Shown one piece after another: positions 1 through 8,921 of a stretch of 64,000 bases of DNA. The position numbers and the translations under genes are program-made. Source of the DNA: Candidatus Poribacteria bacterium (GTDB lineage Bacteria > Poribacteria > WGA-4E > PCPOR2b). The DNA lies in the NCBI GenBank assembly GCA_965204355.1, contig OZ241983.1:5957088-6021087 (forward strand), in the 5' to 3' direction. The first letter of the stretch is position 1; each line of letters begins with the position of its first letter. A model generated the notes under the pieces. It was not told where the DNA came from. It worked only from the letters and a program-made list of their open reading frames with translations, and did not search any database.

Positions 1-91
1 GCTTATCGAAGGCAATGAAGACGTGGAACGTGAGACGTTATCGACAATTGCACCGGACCTTTAAGCGCCTAAATCAATCAGGAAACACGCA

Positions 92-433
92 ATGCCGATT
101 TATGAATTTGAATGTCCCGACTGTGATATTCTCTTCGAGGAACAGCTTCCCCTTGCACAGTTGGACGAAGTGGTTGTCGAATGCCCCATCTGCTATACGC
201 CTCGTGTCAAAAAGGTCATTAGTGCCCCCACCTTTTTCACCAGTCGGGGGCACGCCGATCCATCCAGCACTGAAGTAGATTTCGGCGAGTCGGGTGCCGA
301 AGAGGCCGCTGAACCTGGAGCGTTTGAGACGCCGGAGGTGCCCAGCCTCAGTCATCCGGTCGGTTGTGTATGCTGCTGGAATATTGGAGAGAATAGGCGT
401 TCACCCGGCCGGATTTTAGAGGATGAGCGATGA
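92..433 (+). CDS. FmdB-family zinc-ribbon protein (putative regulatory protein) with acidic C-terminal extension
   Basis: N-terminus MPIYEFECPDCD...CPICYTP is the classic CxxC...CxxC FmdB zinc ribbon; ends 10 nt into next gene. Confidence 0.7.
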   Translation: MPIYEFECPDCDILFEEQLPLAQLDEVVVECPICYTPRVKKVISAPTFFTSRGHADPSSTEVDFGESGAEEAAEPGAFETPEVPSLSHPVGCVCCWNIGENRRSPGRILEDER

Positions 434-524
434 AAACAGTTCTCGATTCGGAGACTCAAGACGCTCAGGCAGCGTGACGAATCCACGAATACAAGCAATC
501 TATAATTCTTCAAGGAGTAAGAAG

Positions 525-1682
525 ATGACCGAAATCCAAGACTTCACAGAACCGATTCCGGTGACCATCATCAGCGGCTTTTTAGGCGCGGGCAAAACCT
601 CTCTGCTCAACCACATTCTCAACGCCGACCACGGATTGCGCGTGGCGGTATTGGTCAACGATTTTGGAGAGGTTAACATTGACACGGAGTTGATCTCTGG
701 CGTCTCTGGAGAATCCACCATTAACCTTTCCAACGGGTGTATCTGCTGCTCAATTCGCGACGACCTACTTGAGGCCATAGTACAATTGATTCAACGTCCA
801 GACCCGCCGGAATATATCGTCGTTGAGACCAGCGGCGTATCTGACCCTACGGCGGTTTCATTGACCTTTATGTCGCCGGAATTGCGGTCGGGGGCACGAG
901 TGGACAGTATGCTGACCGTGGTTGATTCCGAGCAGATTGATCAGGTAGACAGAAAGCATCGGGAGCTCGCGTTAGACCAAATCGCTATGGCAGACATTGT
1001 GGTGCTGAACAAGGTTGACTTGGTCAATGATGAAAAACGGGGGAAATTGGCAGACTTTGTCAAAGACCTTGTTCCGAGGGCGCGTATCCTCGAAACCACA
1101 CACGGTAAGGTTCCGCTCGATTTGGTGCTCGGCGTCGGGACATACGACCTCCGCCGCTTTTCGGGGAAATCGGGCGTGGATGTTCACGTCCATGCCGACG
1201 GCGAGGCGCATGACCACGACCATGCGCATGGCAGCGAGGATGAACACCATCACGAACACAGCCACGAACACGACCATACATTGGTCTTTAATACATGGAG
1301 TTATACGACCGATAAACCACTGTCACATCAGGCAGTCCGTCATGCAGTGAGAACCTTACCGGCGACGATCTACCGCGCCAAAGGGTTTGTTTACCTCCAT
1401 GAGATTCCCAGCCGGAAGGGAATCGTCCACGTTGTCGGCCAACGGGCGCGTCTGATCATTGGTGAGCCATGGGACGACGAGAAACCGGGCACGCAGTTGG
1501 TTTTTATTGGTGAGTATGGCGGAATTGACGATTGTGAGTTGCAGTCACGTTTTGATGCGTGCAAAACGGAAAATGACACGCACCAGGTTACAGCGTCTGA
1601 TACCGCCGCCGATTTTGAATTGATTCGGGAGATTATTCTGGCAGAACCACCAACGAATTCACACGTTCCAACTGAATCTTAA
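525..1682 (+). CDS. COG0523 (CobW/YjiA/ZNG1-like) metallochaperone GTPase, His-rich insert
   Basis: P-loop GFLGAGKT, CxCC motif GCICCS, His/Asp-rich stretch HVHADGEAHDHDHAHGSEDEHHHEHSHEHDH, CobW_C-like tail; ATG at 525 preceded by AAGGAG (ORF track starts at alt. start 423). Confidence 0.85.
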   Translation: MTEIQDFTEPIPVTIISGFLGAGKTSLLNHILNADHGLRVAVLVNDFGEVNIDTELISGVSGESTINLSNGCICCSIRDDLLEAIVQLIQRPDPPEYIVVETSGVSDPTAVSLTFMSPELRSGARVDSMLTVVDSEQIDQVDRKHRELALDQIAMADIVVLNKVDLVNDEKRGKLADFVKDLVPRARILETTHGKVPLDLVLGVGTYDLRRFSGKSGVDVHVHADGEAHDHDHAHGSEDEHHHEHSHEHDHTLVFNTWSYTTDKPLSHQAVRHAVRTLPATIYRAKGFVYLHEIPSRKGIVHVVGQRARLIIGEPWDDEKPGTQLVFIGEYGGIDDCELQSRFDACKTENDTHQVTASDTAADFELIREIILAEPPTNSHVPTES

Positions 1683-1709
1683 CCTCATCAGGCAATTTTA
1701 ATTAAATCG

Positions 1710-1840
1710 GTGAGTATGGTGGAATCAACGATTGCGAGTTGCAGTCACGTTTTGATGCGTGCAAAACGGAAAATGACACGCACCAAGTTACAGCGTCTGA
1801 TACCGCCGCCGATTTTGAATTGATTCGGGAGCTTTTCGTG
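1710..1840 (+). repeat. partial tandem duplicate (~130 bp, ~93% identical) of the 3' coding end of the upstream COG0523 gene (copy of 1507-1640)
   Basis: direct comparison of the two stretches; duplicate lacks start codon; substitutions mostly synonymous-like. Confidence 0.85.
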
Positions 1841-1884
1841 ACCTTGTGAAGAGGTAGCAGCGGCTTCTTATGGGGAAATAAGTC

Positions 1885-2478
1885 ATGTCTGACAGAACTG
1901 GCGACGAATCTGCACATTGGTTCGGTGCATTGAACAAGGTCAGGAAGATCGGGACGGTGCTGTTGGACCAACAGTTGTGGTGTTGGGGACAGGACATTCG
2001 CCGGGCAGAGGGAAATGCTTTGCTCGCCTACGGTTTTACCAAACATCGACCGCCGGAAGGCAAGCCCGGAAGTACCGCTTATGAGTGGCGTAGCTCTGGC
2101 AGCAGTCGAATTGTTTTATGGGGATTCGGGTTTTTCTATGGCGATAGGGACCGAGGAGGGCTTTTCTTGCAGCGTTACAAATTCGCGCCCAAACAGACAG
2201 TAGCGGTCGACTTTTCGTTGCCTATATGGAAACCGGAGCAACTCCCTGAACTTACGCAGCCATGTGATGTGGAAGCGTGGCGTCGCGTTTTCAGCTTGCT
2301 CACTCAAGGTCTCGCATGGATGGGCGACTACGAACGGTGGATTATTTCTGAATACGGGCTTGACTATCGCCAACGGTGTACTGACGCATGGAAGAAGAAA
2401 CGTGTTCCTGCACACGAGATGGCTGCCAAGTGGCATGAACTCGTCGAATACTTACTTTCACAACCTAGAAGCGATTGA
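1885..2478 (+). CDS. hypothetical protein
   Basis: 197-aa ORF with RBS-like GGGGAAATAAG upstream, no recognisable motif. Confidence 0.45.
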   Translation: MSDRTGDESAHWFGALNKVRKIGTVLLDQQLWCWGQDIRRAEGNALLAYGFTKHRPPEGKPGSTAYEWRSSGSSRIVLWGFGFFYGDRDRGGLFLQRYKFAPKQTVAVDFSLPIWKPEQLPELTQPCDVEAWRRVFSLLTQGLAWMGDYERWIISEYGLDYRQRCTDAWKKKRVPAHEMAAKWHELVEYLLSQPRSD

Positions 2479-2623
2479 TAAACATCAAGCTCAGATAATA
2501 ATTGTGCTGAACAACTTCTATCGATTGTCCGCGCCATCTTTTCATCAGATGAAGTGGATGGTTATTTTGAAATAAGTGCCGAGAAAACGGTATATTCGCA
2601 GGAATGTAACACACAGGAAAAAC

Positions 2624-3025
2624 ATGAGAACAGATGGAATCGAATTGTCGCCCACGCTGGCATCAAGGCGGCGTGTCTTAGCGCATACGCTGGTCTGTAA
2701 GGGTTGTTGTTGTGGCGTGACAGAGAAACGAAAGCCGCCTGTACCGGTCGAGTGGCTCAAACAGGAGTGGCGGAACAGGCGGCTGTCCCCTTCAATAACA
2801 TTGACAATCAGCGAAGGCTGCCTTGGGCCGTGCGATCTCGCAAATGTCGTCTGTATCACATCACTGCACGGCGTCGTGTGGTTAGGACAGATAGAATCCC
2901 ATCTACACTATGCGCGACTCGTGGATTGGGCGGAAGTCGTGGCACAAACAGATGCGCTACTTCCGTTGCCTTCAGCCTTTGATAGTCACCGTTTTGATCG
3001 GTTTCGATCTCCCTCGTTCAGTTAA
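2624..3025 (+). CDS. thioredoxin-like [2Fe-2S] ferredoxin-domain (DUF1636-like) metal-binding protein
   Basis: Cys clusters CKGCCCG and GCLGPCDLANVV (CxGxCxxAPvv-like) typical of thioredoxin-fold 2Fe-2S proteins often adjacent to cobW-like genes; start at ATG 2624 (ORF track 2576 is GTG). Confidence 0.45.
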   Translation: MRTDGIELSPTLASRRRVLAHTLVCKGCCCGVTEKRKPPVPVEWLKQEWRNRRLSPSITLTISEGCLGPCDLANVVCITSLHGVVWLGQIESHLHYARLVDWAEVVAQTDALLPLPSAFDSHRFDRFRSPSFS

Positions 3026-3360
3026 AAAAAACAAGCGATTCGTGAATTACAAGGCTTCATCGTGGCAAGCGTTAGCCGGGCAGGTTCCTGTCGTACAGCG
3101 CTGCTGCATTGATACGAGCTTGATGACAGACGGTGTAGAGAGCTGTGCAACTGGTTGGCGTAGTTCCGTACACGCCTCCCGCAGAATAGAGCCCGCGGAC
3201 TTGAGAAAAATCTGGTCAGAATCGTGTGCGATGACCGATTCGCGGCGAGATTTCAGACACAAAACCGTCGATTTTGGAAAATCGACCTACAGATATGCTA
3301 TAATTTGCACAGGAGTTAGGGACTATTGGTTTGAATATGCTGGCTACTAGCGACTTGCGT

Positions 3361-3692
3361 TATTATGGTGAATTCTATAATTACTTGAGGGGTGTGCATG
3401 ATAATTGTCTGAATCAGGATTTTCAGGATTTAAGAATTTTCAGGATAGAAACCGGAACGTGAAATGGGACTATTTAAGGACGGGACAGGGTGCATTTAGC
3501 CCCAGCGGGGCGACATGTTTATAGCATACGGATAGCCCCATATCCCAAAGCCCCAGCGGGGCGACATGTGCCATTTGTCTGAATCGCAGATTGCACTCTC
3601 CCACACGAAAGCTATTTAGGCACACCCCTCAATTACTTATACACTTTCGACACACAACCAACCCCCTAAATCCCCCTTGTCAGGGGGACTTC
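3361..3692. mobile_element. MITE-like structured repeat, family 1, copy A (TIR core 3380-3638)
   Basis: ~20-bp terminal inverted repeats AATTACTTGAGGGGTGTGCA / TGCACACCCCTCAATTACTT; two internal hairpins GCCCCAGCGGGGC-GACATGT; ~90% identical second copy at 6503-6869. Confidence 0.8.
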
Positions 3693-3790
3693 ATGAGGCT
3701 TCGATAAGGGGCACTATTGATGGACGTCTACATATTTATATTGTTCACTATAAAACAGCATCATATGCGAGGAAAGGAGACCATACAGCA

Positions 3791-4051
3791 GTGCTGAATT
3801 TTTTCAATTCGCAAAAAGAGAGTGACCCACAGCAACTCGTCCAAGTCAAATCGTGGGTCTCCCAAGCCTTTGACCTATCAGAAGACATCTCCGTGATGAT
3901 TACTCAGCTGCAATGCACTGAAGAAGGCTGCCCGCCTATTGAAACGGTCATTGCAATCATGGAGACGCCCGGAAAACCCCGGCAATACAAGATTCACAAA
4001 CCGCTGGCGGAGGTGAAGCAGACGGACATCGTTAGCTTGACCGCCGGCTAA
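3791..4051 (+). CDS. small hypothetical protein (start uncertain; upstream ORF extension lies in MITE)
   Basis: ORF 3677-4051 begins with TTG inside the repeat; in-frame GTG at 3791 follows GGAAAGGAGA; stop 20 nt before cobW-like gene 2. Confidence 0.3.
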   Translation: MLNFFNSQKESDPQQLVQVKSWVSQAFDLSEDISVMITQLQCTEEGCPPIETVIAIMETPGKPRQYKIHKPLAEVKQTDIVSLTAG

Positions 4052-4070
4052 ATTCAACAAGGAGAGAAAG

Positions 4071-5423
4071 ATGAACACAGCCATGTTAAACAATCAAGTC
4101 CCCGTCACCGTGTTGACGGGCTTCTTGGGGTCTGGTAAAACCACGCTTCTCAACCGCATTCTCACCGAAAACCACGGCAAACGTATCGCCGTCATCGAAA
4201 ACGAGTTTGGCGAGGTCGGCGTCGATAATGATTTGGTCATCGGTGCCGAAGAAGAGATTTTCGAGATGAACAATGGTTGTATCTGCTGCACGGTGCGCGG
4301 CGATCTCATCCGTATTTTGGGGAATCTGATGAAGCGTCGCGATAAGTTCGACTACATCATGGTCGAAACCACAGGGCTTGCGGACCCTGGTCCAGTTGCT
4401 CAGACGTTCTTCATGGACGCCGAAATGGAGGAGAAACTGCAACTGGATTCCGTCACGACGGTGGTTGATGCCAAACACATCTGGCAGCACATCGATGACA
4501 GCGACGAGGCGCGTGAACAGATTGCCTTTGCCGATGTCATTTTGTTGAACAAGATTGACCTTGTGACCGAGGAAGAGTTGGATCAACTGGAAGCCAGAAT
4601 TCGCAGCATGAACGCTGCAGCGAAGATTTATCGAACGAAAGACGCCGCGGTCGAAATGGATAAAATTCTCAATGTCGGCGGATTCGATCTGGACCGGGCG
4701 ATGGAGGTTGACCCACAGTTTATGGAACCGGAGTATCCCTTTGAATGGGCTGGTGTTTATAACCTTTCGGCAGGTACGCATGAACTGGTTCTCCAAGAAG
4801 GTCCTGATCCGACGATGAAAGTCGCATTGGTGCCCGTAAATGAGTCAACCGATGAAGCTTTGACGGCCGCTGTTGAGCCAGTCGTTATGGTTTTCTCCGA
4901 TAATGAGCATGAACTTTTGGCGGGTAGCACCCTTCAACCGAGTGGACAACTCATTGAACTGAATCTCACAGCGGACGAATTACACTTTGACGTGCAGATC
5001 GACCACCCCGGCGCTTACGCGCTGTTTACCGAGCATCACCCCGACGAGTTTCAAGCACAACTTTTTGGCAGCGGCACCCTTGTCAAGCCAGTTGTTGAAC
5101 ACGAATTTAAGCCAGACCACGAACATGATGACGAAGTCACGTCGGTCGGCATCACAACCCCCGGCGACCTCGACCCCGACCGGCTGAACGATTGGATTGG
5201 CAATCTGCTTCGGACAAAAGGTCTCGACATCTTCCGTATGAAAGGTATTCTGAGCATCAAGGGTCAGCCAAACCGATTCGTCTTCCAAGGTGTTCATATG
5301 CTCTTCGACGGTCGCCCCGACCGCCCGTGGGGTGGTGAACCGCGCTACAATAGCCTCATTTTCATCGGGCGCAACCTCGACCGGTCCGAATTAACGGAAG
5401 GGTTTGAAGCATGTCTCGCTTGA
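4071..5423 (+). CDS. COG0523 (CobW-like) metallochaperone GTPase, second paralog
   Basis: GFLGSGKTTLLN P-loop, GCICCT, His/Asp-rich C-terminal segment (HEFKPDHEHDDE); ~50% identical to first paralog. Confidence 0.85.
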   Translation: MNTAMLNNQVPVTVLTGFLGSGKTTLLNRILTENHGKRIAVIENEFGEVGVDNDLVIGAEEEIFEMNNGCICCTVRGDLIRILGNLMKRRDKFDYIMVETTGLADPGPVAQTFFMDAEMEEKLQLDSVTTVVDAKHIWQHIDDSDEAREQIAFADVILLNKIDLVTEEELDQLEARIRSMNAAAKIYRTKDAAVEMDKILNVGGFDLDRAMEVDPQFMEPEYPFEWAGVYNLSAGTHELVLQEGPDPTMKVALVPVNESTDEALTAAVEPVVMVFSDNEHELLAGSTLQPSGQLIELNLTADELHFDVQIDHPGAYALFTEHHPDEFQAQLFGSGTLVKPVVEHEFKPDHEHDDEVTSVGITTPGDLDPDRLNDWIGNLLRTKGLDIFRMKGILSIKGQPNRFVFQGVHMLFDGRPDRPWGGEPRYNSLIFIGRNLDRSELTEGFEACLA

Positions 5424-6457
5424 ACAACCGCTTTGCCCAGCCCTCTCAACTGCGCGAAAATTGGACAGCAACCATCAGCGACCACGTCATTGATCTGGCG
5501 TGGTCACCTGATGGGAGATACATCGCTGCCGCGTCGGTTCTCGGTCCGGTGACAATTTTTGAAGGTCGTCGTCGAACGGTTATCGATGCCTTCAGAGGGC
5601 ATGAATTTGGCACAATGTCAATCGCGTGGCGTCCAGACAGCAAGGTGCTTGCAAGCGCAGGCCAAGATGGGAAAATTCGGTTGTGGGATATGACAAGTGG
5701 CAAAGCGACCCATTCGCTTGACGGGGGCGCAGCATGGGTTGAGCACCTAGCTTGGAGTGGCGGTAAAAAACCGATCCTCGCCTCTGCCGCTGGCCGTAAG
5801 TTGAAACTCTGGAACGCTGTCGGCGATCTTGTTCGCGAATATCCCGACCATCAGAGCACGATTTCTGGTTTCCAGTGGAAACCGCGTGTAAGACAACTTG
5901 CCTCGATTGCCTACGGCGGCGTCACGCTGTGGGATCCGCAACAGTCGGAAGCCATCCGCCGATTGGAATGGCAAGGCTCATCACTGGTGATCGCGTGGAG
6001 CCCTGACGGTAAATACATCGCCACCGGAGATCAGGATTCGACTGTACATTTCTGGATTATGTCTACCGGTGACGACTTGCAAATGTCCGGCTATCCGACG
6101 AAAGTGCGAGAACTCTCGTGGGATGCCACGGGTCGATACTTGGCTACGGGAGGCGGTCAGGAAGTTGTGGTGTGGGATTGTTCCGGTCGCGGACCGGCCA
6201 ATACCGACCCCATTATGCTTTCCGGGCATCAGGAGTTTCTCAGCGTTGTGCGTTTTCAACATCGCGGAAAACTGCTGGCTTCAGGCGGCGCCGACGGTCT
6301 GGTCTACGTCTGGCAATTGCGAGGCCGCCTCCGTTCTCTGGCGGTTCATGGAGCCGCTCTGACAGCGGGGGTCACAAGCCTCGTTTGGTCACCGAATGAC
6401 CAGCACATTGCTGTCGGTGACGAGTCGGGTGGGGTGAGCGTTTTTTCGATAAGTTAA
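5411..6457 (+). CDS. WD40-repeat protein
   Basis: repeated WSPDG / LASGG / RLWD / VWD units; start overlaps stop of COG0523 gene by 13 nt (translational coupling). Confidence 0.8.
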   Translation: MSRLNNRFAQPSQLRENWTATISDHVIDLAWSPDGRYIAAASVLGPVTIFEGRRRTVIDAFRGHEFGTMSIAWRPDSKVLASAGQDGKIRLWDMTSGKATHSLDGGAAWVEHLAWSGGKKPILASAAGRKLKLWNAVGDLVREYPDHQSTISGFQWKPRVRQLASIAYGGVTLWDPQQSEAIRRLEWQGSSLVIAWSPDGKYIATGDQDSTVHFWIMSTGDDLQMSGYPTKVRELSWDATGRYLATGGGQEVVVWDCSGRGPANTDPIMLSGHQEFLSVVRFQHRGKLLASGGADGLVYVWQLRGRLRSLAVHGAALTAGVTSLVWSPNDQHIAVGDESGGVSVFSIS

Positions 6458-6502
6458 GGTTCAGCATTCAAACGGAGTCCGTTGCCCGAGTTCTTACTTT
6501 AG

Positions 6503-6869
6503 TTATTTATGGTAGATTTTAGAATTACTTGAGGGGTGTGCATCATTATTGTCTGAATCAGGATTCTCTGGATTTAAGGATTTTCTGGATAGACACTGGA
6601 AAGTGAAACGGGACTATTTTAGAAAGGGACAGGGGGCATTTAGCCCCAGCGGGGCGACATGTTTATAGCATACGGATAGCCCCATCCCCCAAAGCCCCAG
6701 CGGGGCGACATGTGCCATCTGTCTGAATCGCAGATTGCACTCTCCCATACGAAAGTGATTTATGCACACCCCTCAATTACTTAGGCACTTCCAACACAGC
6801 CAACCCCCTAAATCCCCCAACCCCCCTAGCCCCCCTTATCAGGGGGGAAACCCTTGTCAGGGGGACTTT
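6503..6869. mobile_element. MITE-like structured repeat, family 1, copy B (TIR core 6523-6782)
   Basis: same TIRs and twin GCCCCAGCGGGGCGACATGT hairpins as copy A; extra poly-C/G hairpins at right end. Confidence 0.8.
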
Positions 6870-7051
6870 GCAAACTTCACTAACGTCCACTTATTTCTCT
6901 AATTCACCATAATCAAGCGAAGGGCTTAGGCAATAGTTACCGCCCATCCTTGTTCATTTCATTCGGTCGCGAGGTCTTGAATCGCTCAATTGATCTCTGC
7001 CACAGTTGGATTCGGATTCTCTCTAAGATTTCAGTTGATGGTGCAGATGAA

Positions 7052-7385
7052 GGTAGGGCTATTCAGTTTTAGGCTTATTACCCATTTTGTTTGAAAAGTC
7101 AGAGTCGGGCAGTCGCTCTTAGAGCGAAGTGTCGGGATTTGGAAATCCCTCCTACAGAAGAACTATGGTGAATTTTAAAAATAAATAGACACTTTCGCCC
7201 CTCGTGTATGGTAGGCGCTGTTTCCAATCCCGACAGGTCCCGATTCTCGGGATGCTCGGAACGGCATCGGGATCCCGATTTATCGGGACGCGCCGATGCG
7301 GTGCGGGGAGAAAACGCACCTACCGGGCCTGGGAGCAATGCGGTTCGGTTTAGAATGTCTCATTAATTCTAAGGTCCACCATAAA
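7052..7385. mobile_element. structured repeat, family 3, copy 1
   Basis: shares 5' ~110 bp (GGTAGGGCTATTCAGTTTTAGGCTT...GGGAAATCCCTCCTACAGAAG) and 3' ~60 bp (TAGACACTTTCGC...TAATTCTAAGGTCCACCATAA) with 55126-55566; long internal hairpin. Confidence 0.7.
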
Positions 7386-7501
7386 TGATCCTACAGATGA
7401 AGATAAAAGAACGGAATTTTTGCATTAAAGGTGCTATACTGTGGTAGTTGATGCAGTGAAAAGATACTCTTATATCCCAACTGCACCGAAAGGACATACC
7501 A

Positions 7502-8224
7502 ATGAATTGCCTTGATTATGGACTCTCTTTTATCAACTCTGTGGGTGACGGTAACGCGCCCCGATTTTGGGTCGAATCCCGATGCCGCTTGATAGACGAT
7601 ATGGATGGAAGTTTCAACGACTATTACCAGTGTGGTTCATGTAAGAGTGAACATACCTTCGCGAAAAAAGATCTCTTCGTAGACCCAAACTACGATTTTC
7701 TCCCGGTTTTTGGGGAAGAACACTCAGCGGTATTCAGACGACATGCCTACCGCAACGATAACTACGTCGAGTATCGACCGGCGAAGGAATGGTGGGGAGG
7801 ACCTCTGTTTGATATCCAAGAGGCATCGCCGGTACAAGTCCTTGATAGCAACGCAGCTATTTTTGAAGCGACGCGAAAAAGCCTGCCCATCGTAACGCAC
7901 ACAGAGATATGGGATGCCACTACACATCAGCGGGCGATTATCGAGTGTCCAGTTAAGACAATGAACATAGATGAAAAAGCGGACATCTACCAAGTCGATA
8001 CAGGAATTGTCCCATTTCCAGACCTGTCAAAGCGATACGAGCGGCAGATTGAAGGGTTCAGCCTCGCTTACGTCGCGTTCAACGCCCCGCACTTCGCTGA
8101 TTTCGTTATCGAACGGCCCACCCCAATTATTAAGGATGAGGTAGAAGTTACCCAAGTCTATCACTATTCCGAAATTGTTAGCTTGGAAGCAAAGAACAGT
8201 GTGTACTGCATCGGCGAACTATAA
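7502..8224 (+). CDS. hypothetical protein
   Basis: 240-aa ORF, RBS AAAGGA, AT-rich promoter-like upstream; no recognisable motifs. Confidence 0.5.
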   Translation: MNCLDYGLSFINSVGDGNAPRFWVESRCRLIDDMDGSFNDYYQCGSCKSEHTFAKKDLFVDPNYDFLPVFGEEHSAVFRRHAYRNDNYVEYRPAKEWWGGPLFDIQEASPVQVLDSNAAIFEATRKSLPIVTHTEIWDATTHQRAIIECPVKTMNIDEKADIYQVDTGIVPFPDLSKRYERQIEGFSLAYVAFNAPHFADFVIERPTPIIKDEVEVTQVYHYSEIVSLEAKNSVYCIGEL

Positions 8225-8237
8225 CGGCAGCATCTCC

Positions 8238-8921
8238 TCAGATAATCCTTAGCTTCTTTAGAAAATATTCAGTCGGAATTGTTAGATCAAGCTCCCTTAT
8301 CTCATCAGGAGCGTACCACCCGATGATATCCGCTTCGTCGGATAGCGTCGCTGTATTCTGATCTACCGTCGCTCGGTATAACCGCCATTCGTGGAAATCC
8401 GCGCCGCGACGACACGGCTCTTCTAAGGTCTCCACAAATACCGGCTTGTCAGGCCGGATCTCAATTCCCGCTTCCTCCGCTATCTCACGTGCAACGGCGG
8501 TCTCTGGTGTCTCATCGTCCAAATCCCAATGTCCGGCAACGATTGTATAGCAAAATGGGAATAATCGTCGGTGGAATAGGAGAACCTTCCCCTCCCATTC
8601 GATGACTGCACCGACGGAATAGTGTAGCAACTCACCGTCCGGTAAAATGCGGTAACGCATTTGCGGATAGAGCATGATGAGGCGACTATCATTATACCCA
8701 CAGCGCTCACATCGGTAGTATTCCCTGCCTTCAACCGTATAAGGTTGGATGCCTTCACTCCAGCACTTGGGGCAGTAGCTATGGGTCCTGTTATCTTGAG
8801 GGATTTTTCCTTTGACTTTCACGGTTTGTCCTTCGCTGGATCTCACCAGCCTCCACGTCTTCCCAAAATTATCTTTCCAAACTCCGCTTATTATAACGCA
8901 AGTTGCTAGTTGATAATCCAA
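8238..8921 (-). CDS. NUDIX hydrolase with N-terminal zinc ribbon (NudC-like); true start probably internal (GTG ~8822/8846)
   Basis: Nudix box GHWDLDDETPETAVAREIAEEAGI; CPKC...CERCGY zinc ribbon; annotated TTG start lies inside a family-2 MITE. Confidence 0.7.
   Translation of the reverse strand: MDYQLATCVIISGVWKDNFGKTWRLVRSSEGQTVKVKGKIPQDNRTHSYCPKCWSEGIQPYTVEGREYYRCERCGYNDSRLIMLYPQMRYRILPDGELLHYSVGAVIEWEGKVLLFHRRLFPFCYTIVAGHWDLDDETPETAVAREIAEEAGIEIRPDKPVFVETLEEPCRRGADFHEWRLYRATVDQNTATLSDEADIIGWYAPDEIRELDLTIPTEYFLKKLRII

Noticed and set aside
423-524. Long N-terminal extension of first cobW-like gene (start 423)
   Set aside because: The internal ATG at 525 has a strong AAGGAG RBS. The extension is Ser/Arg-rich low-complexity and overlaps the upstream gene end.
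3490-3590. Possible mini-CRISPR array (direct repeats GCCCCAGCGGGGCGACATGT separated by ~30 nt), also at 21440-21580
   Set aside because: Only 2-3 units. The 'spacers' are themselves conserved between copies (TATAGCATACGGATA ~ TATAGCAATACCGATA). The whole unit is part of a TIR-bounded repeat. No cas genes are present.
3677-3790. 5' extension of small ORF 3677-4051 (TTG start)
   Set aside because: The TTG start and first ~35 codons lie inside the MITE copy. They are more likely repeat sequence than coding sequence.
4086-4796. 236-aa reverse-strand ORF inside the second cobW-like gene, and similar long antisense ORFs (13983-14609, 10592-10927, 22778-23035 etc.)
   Set aside because: They are shadow ORFs fully embedded in well-supported genes on the opposite strand and have low-complexity translations.
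7099-7338. 79-aa reverse ORF within family-3 repeat
   Set aside because: It lies entirely in a non-coding structured repeat and its translation is low-complexity.
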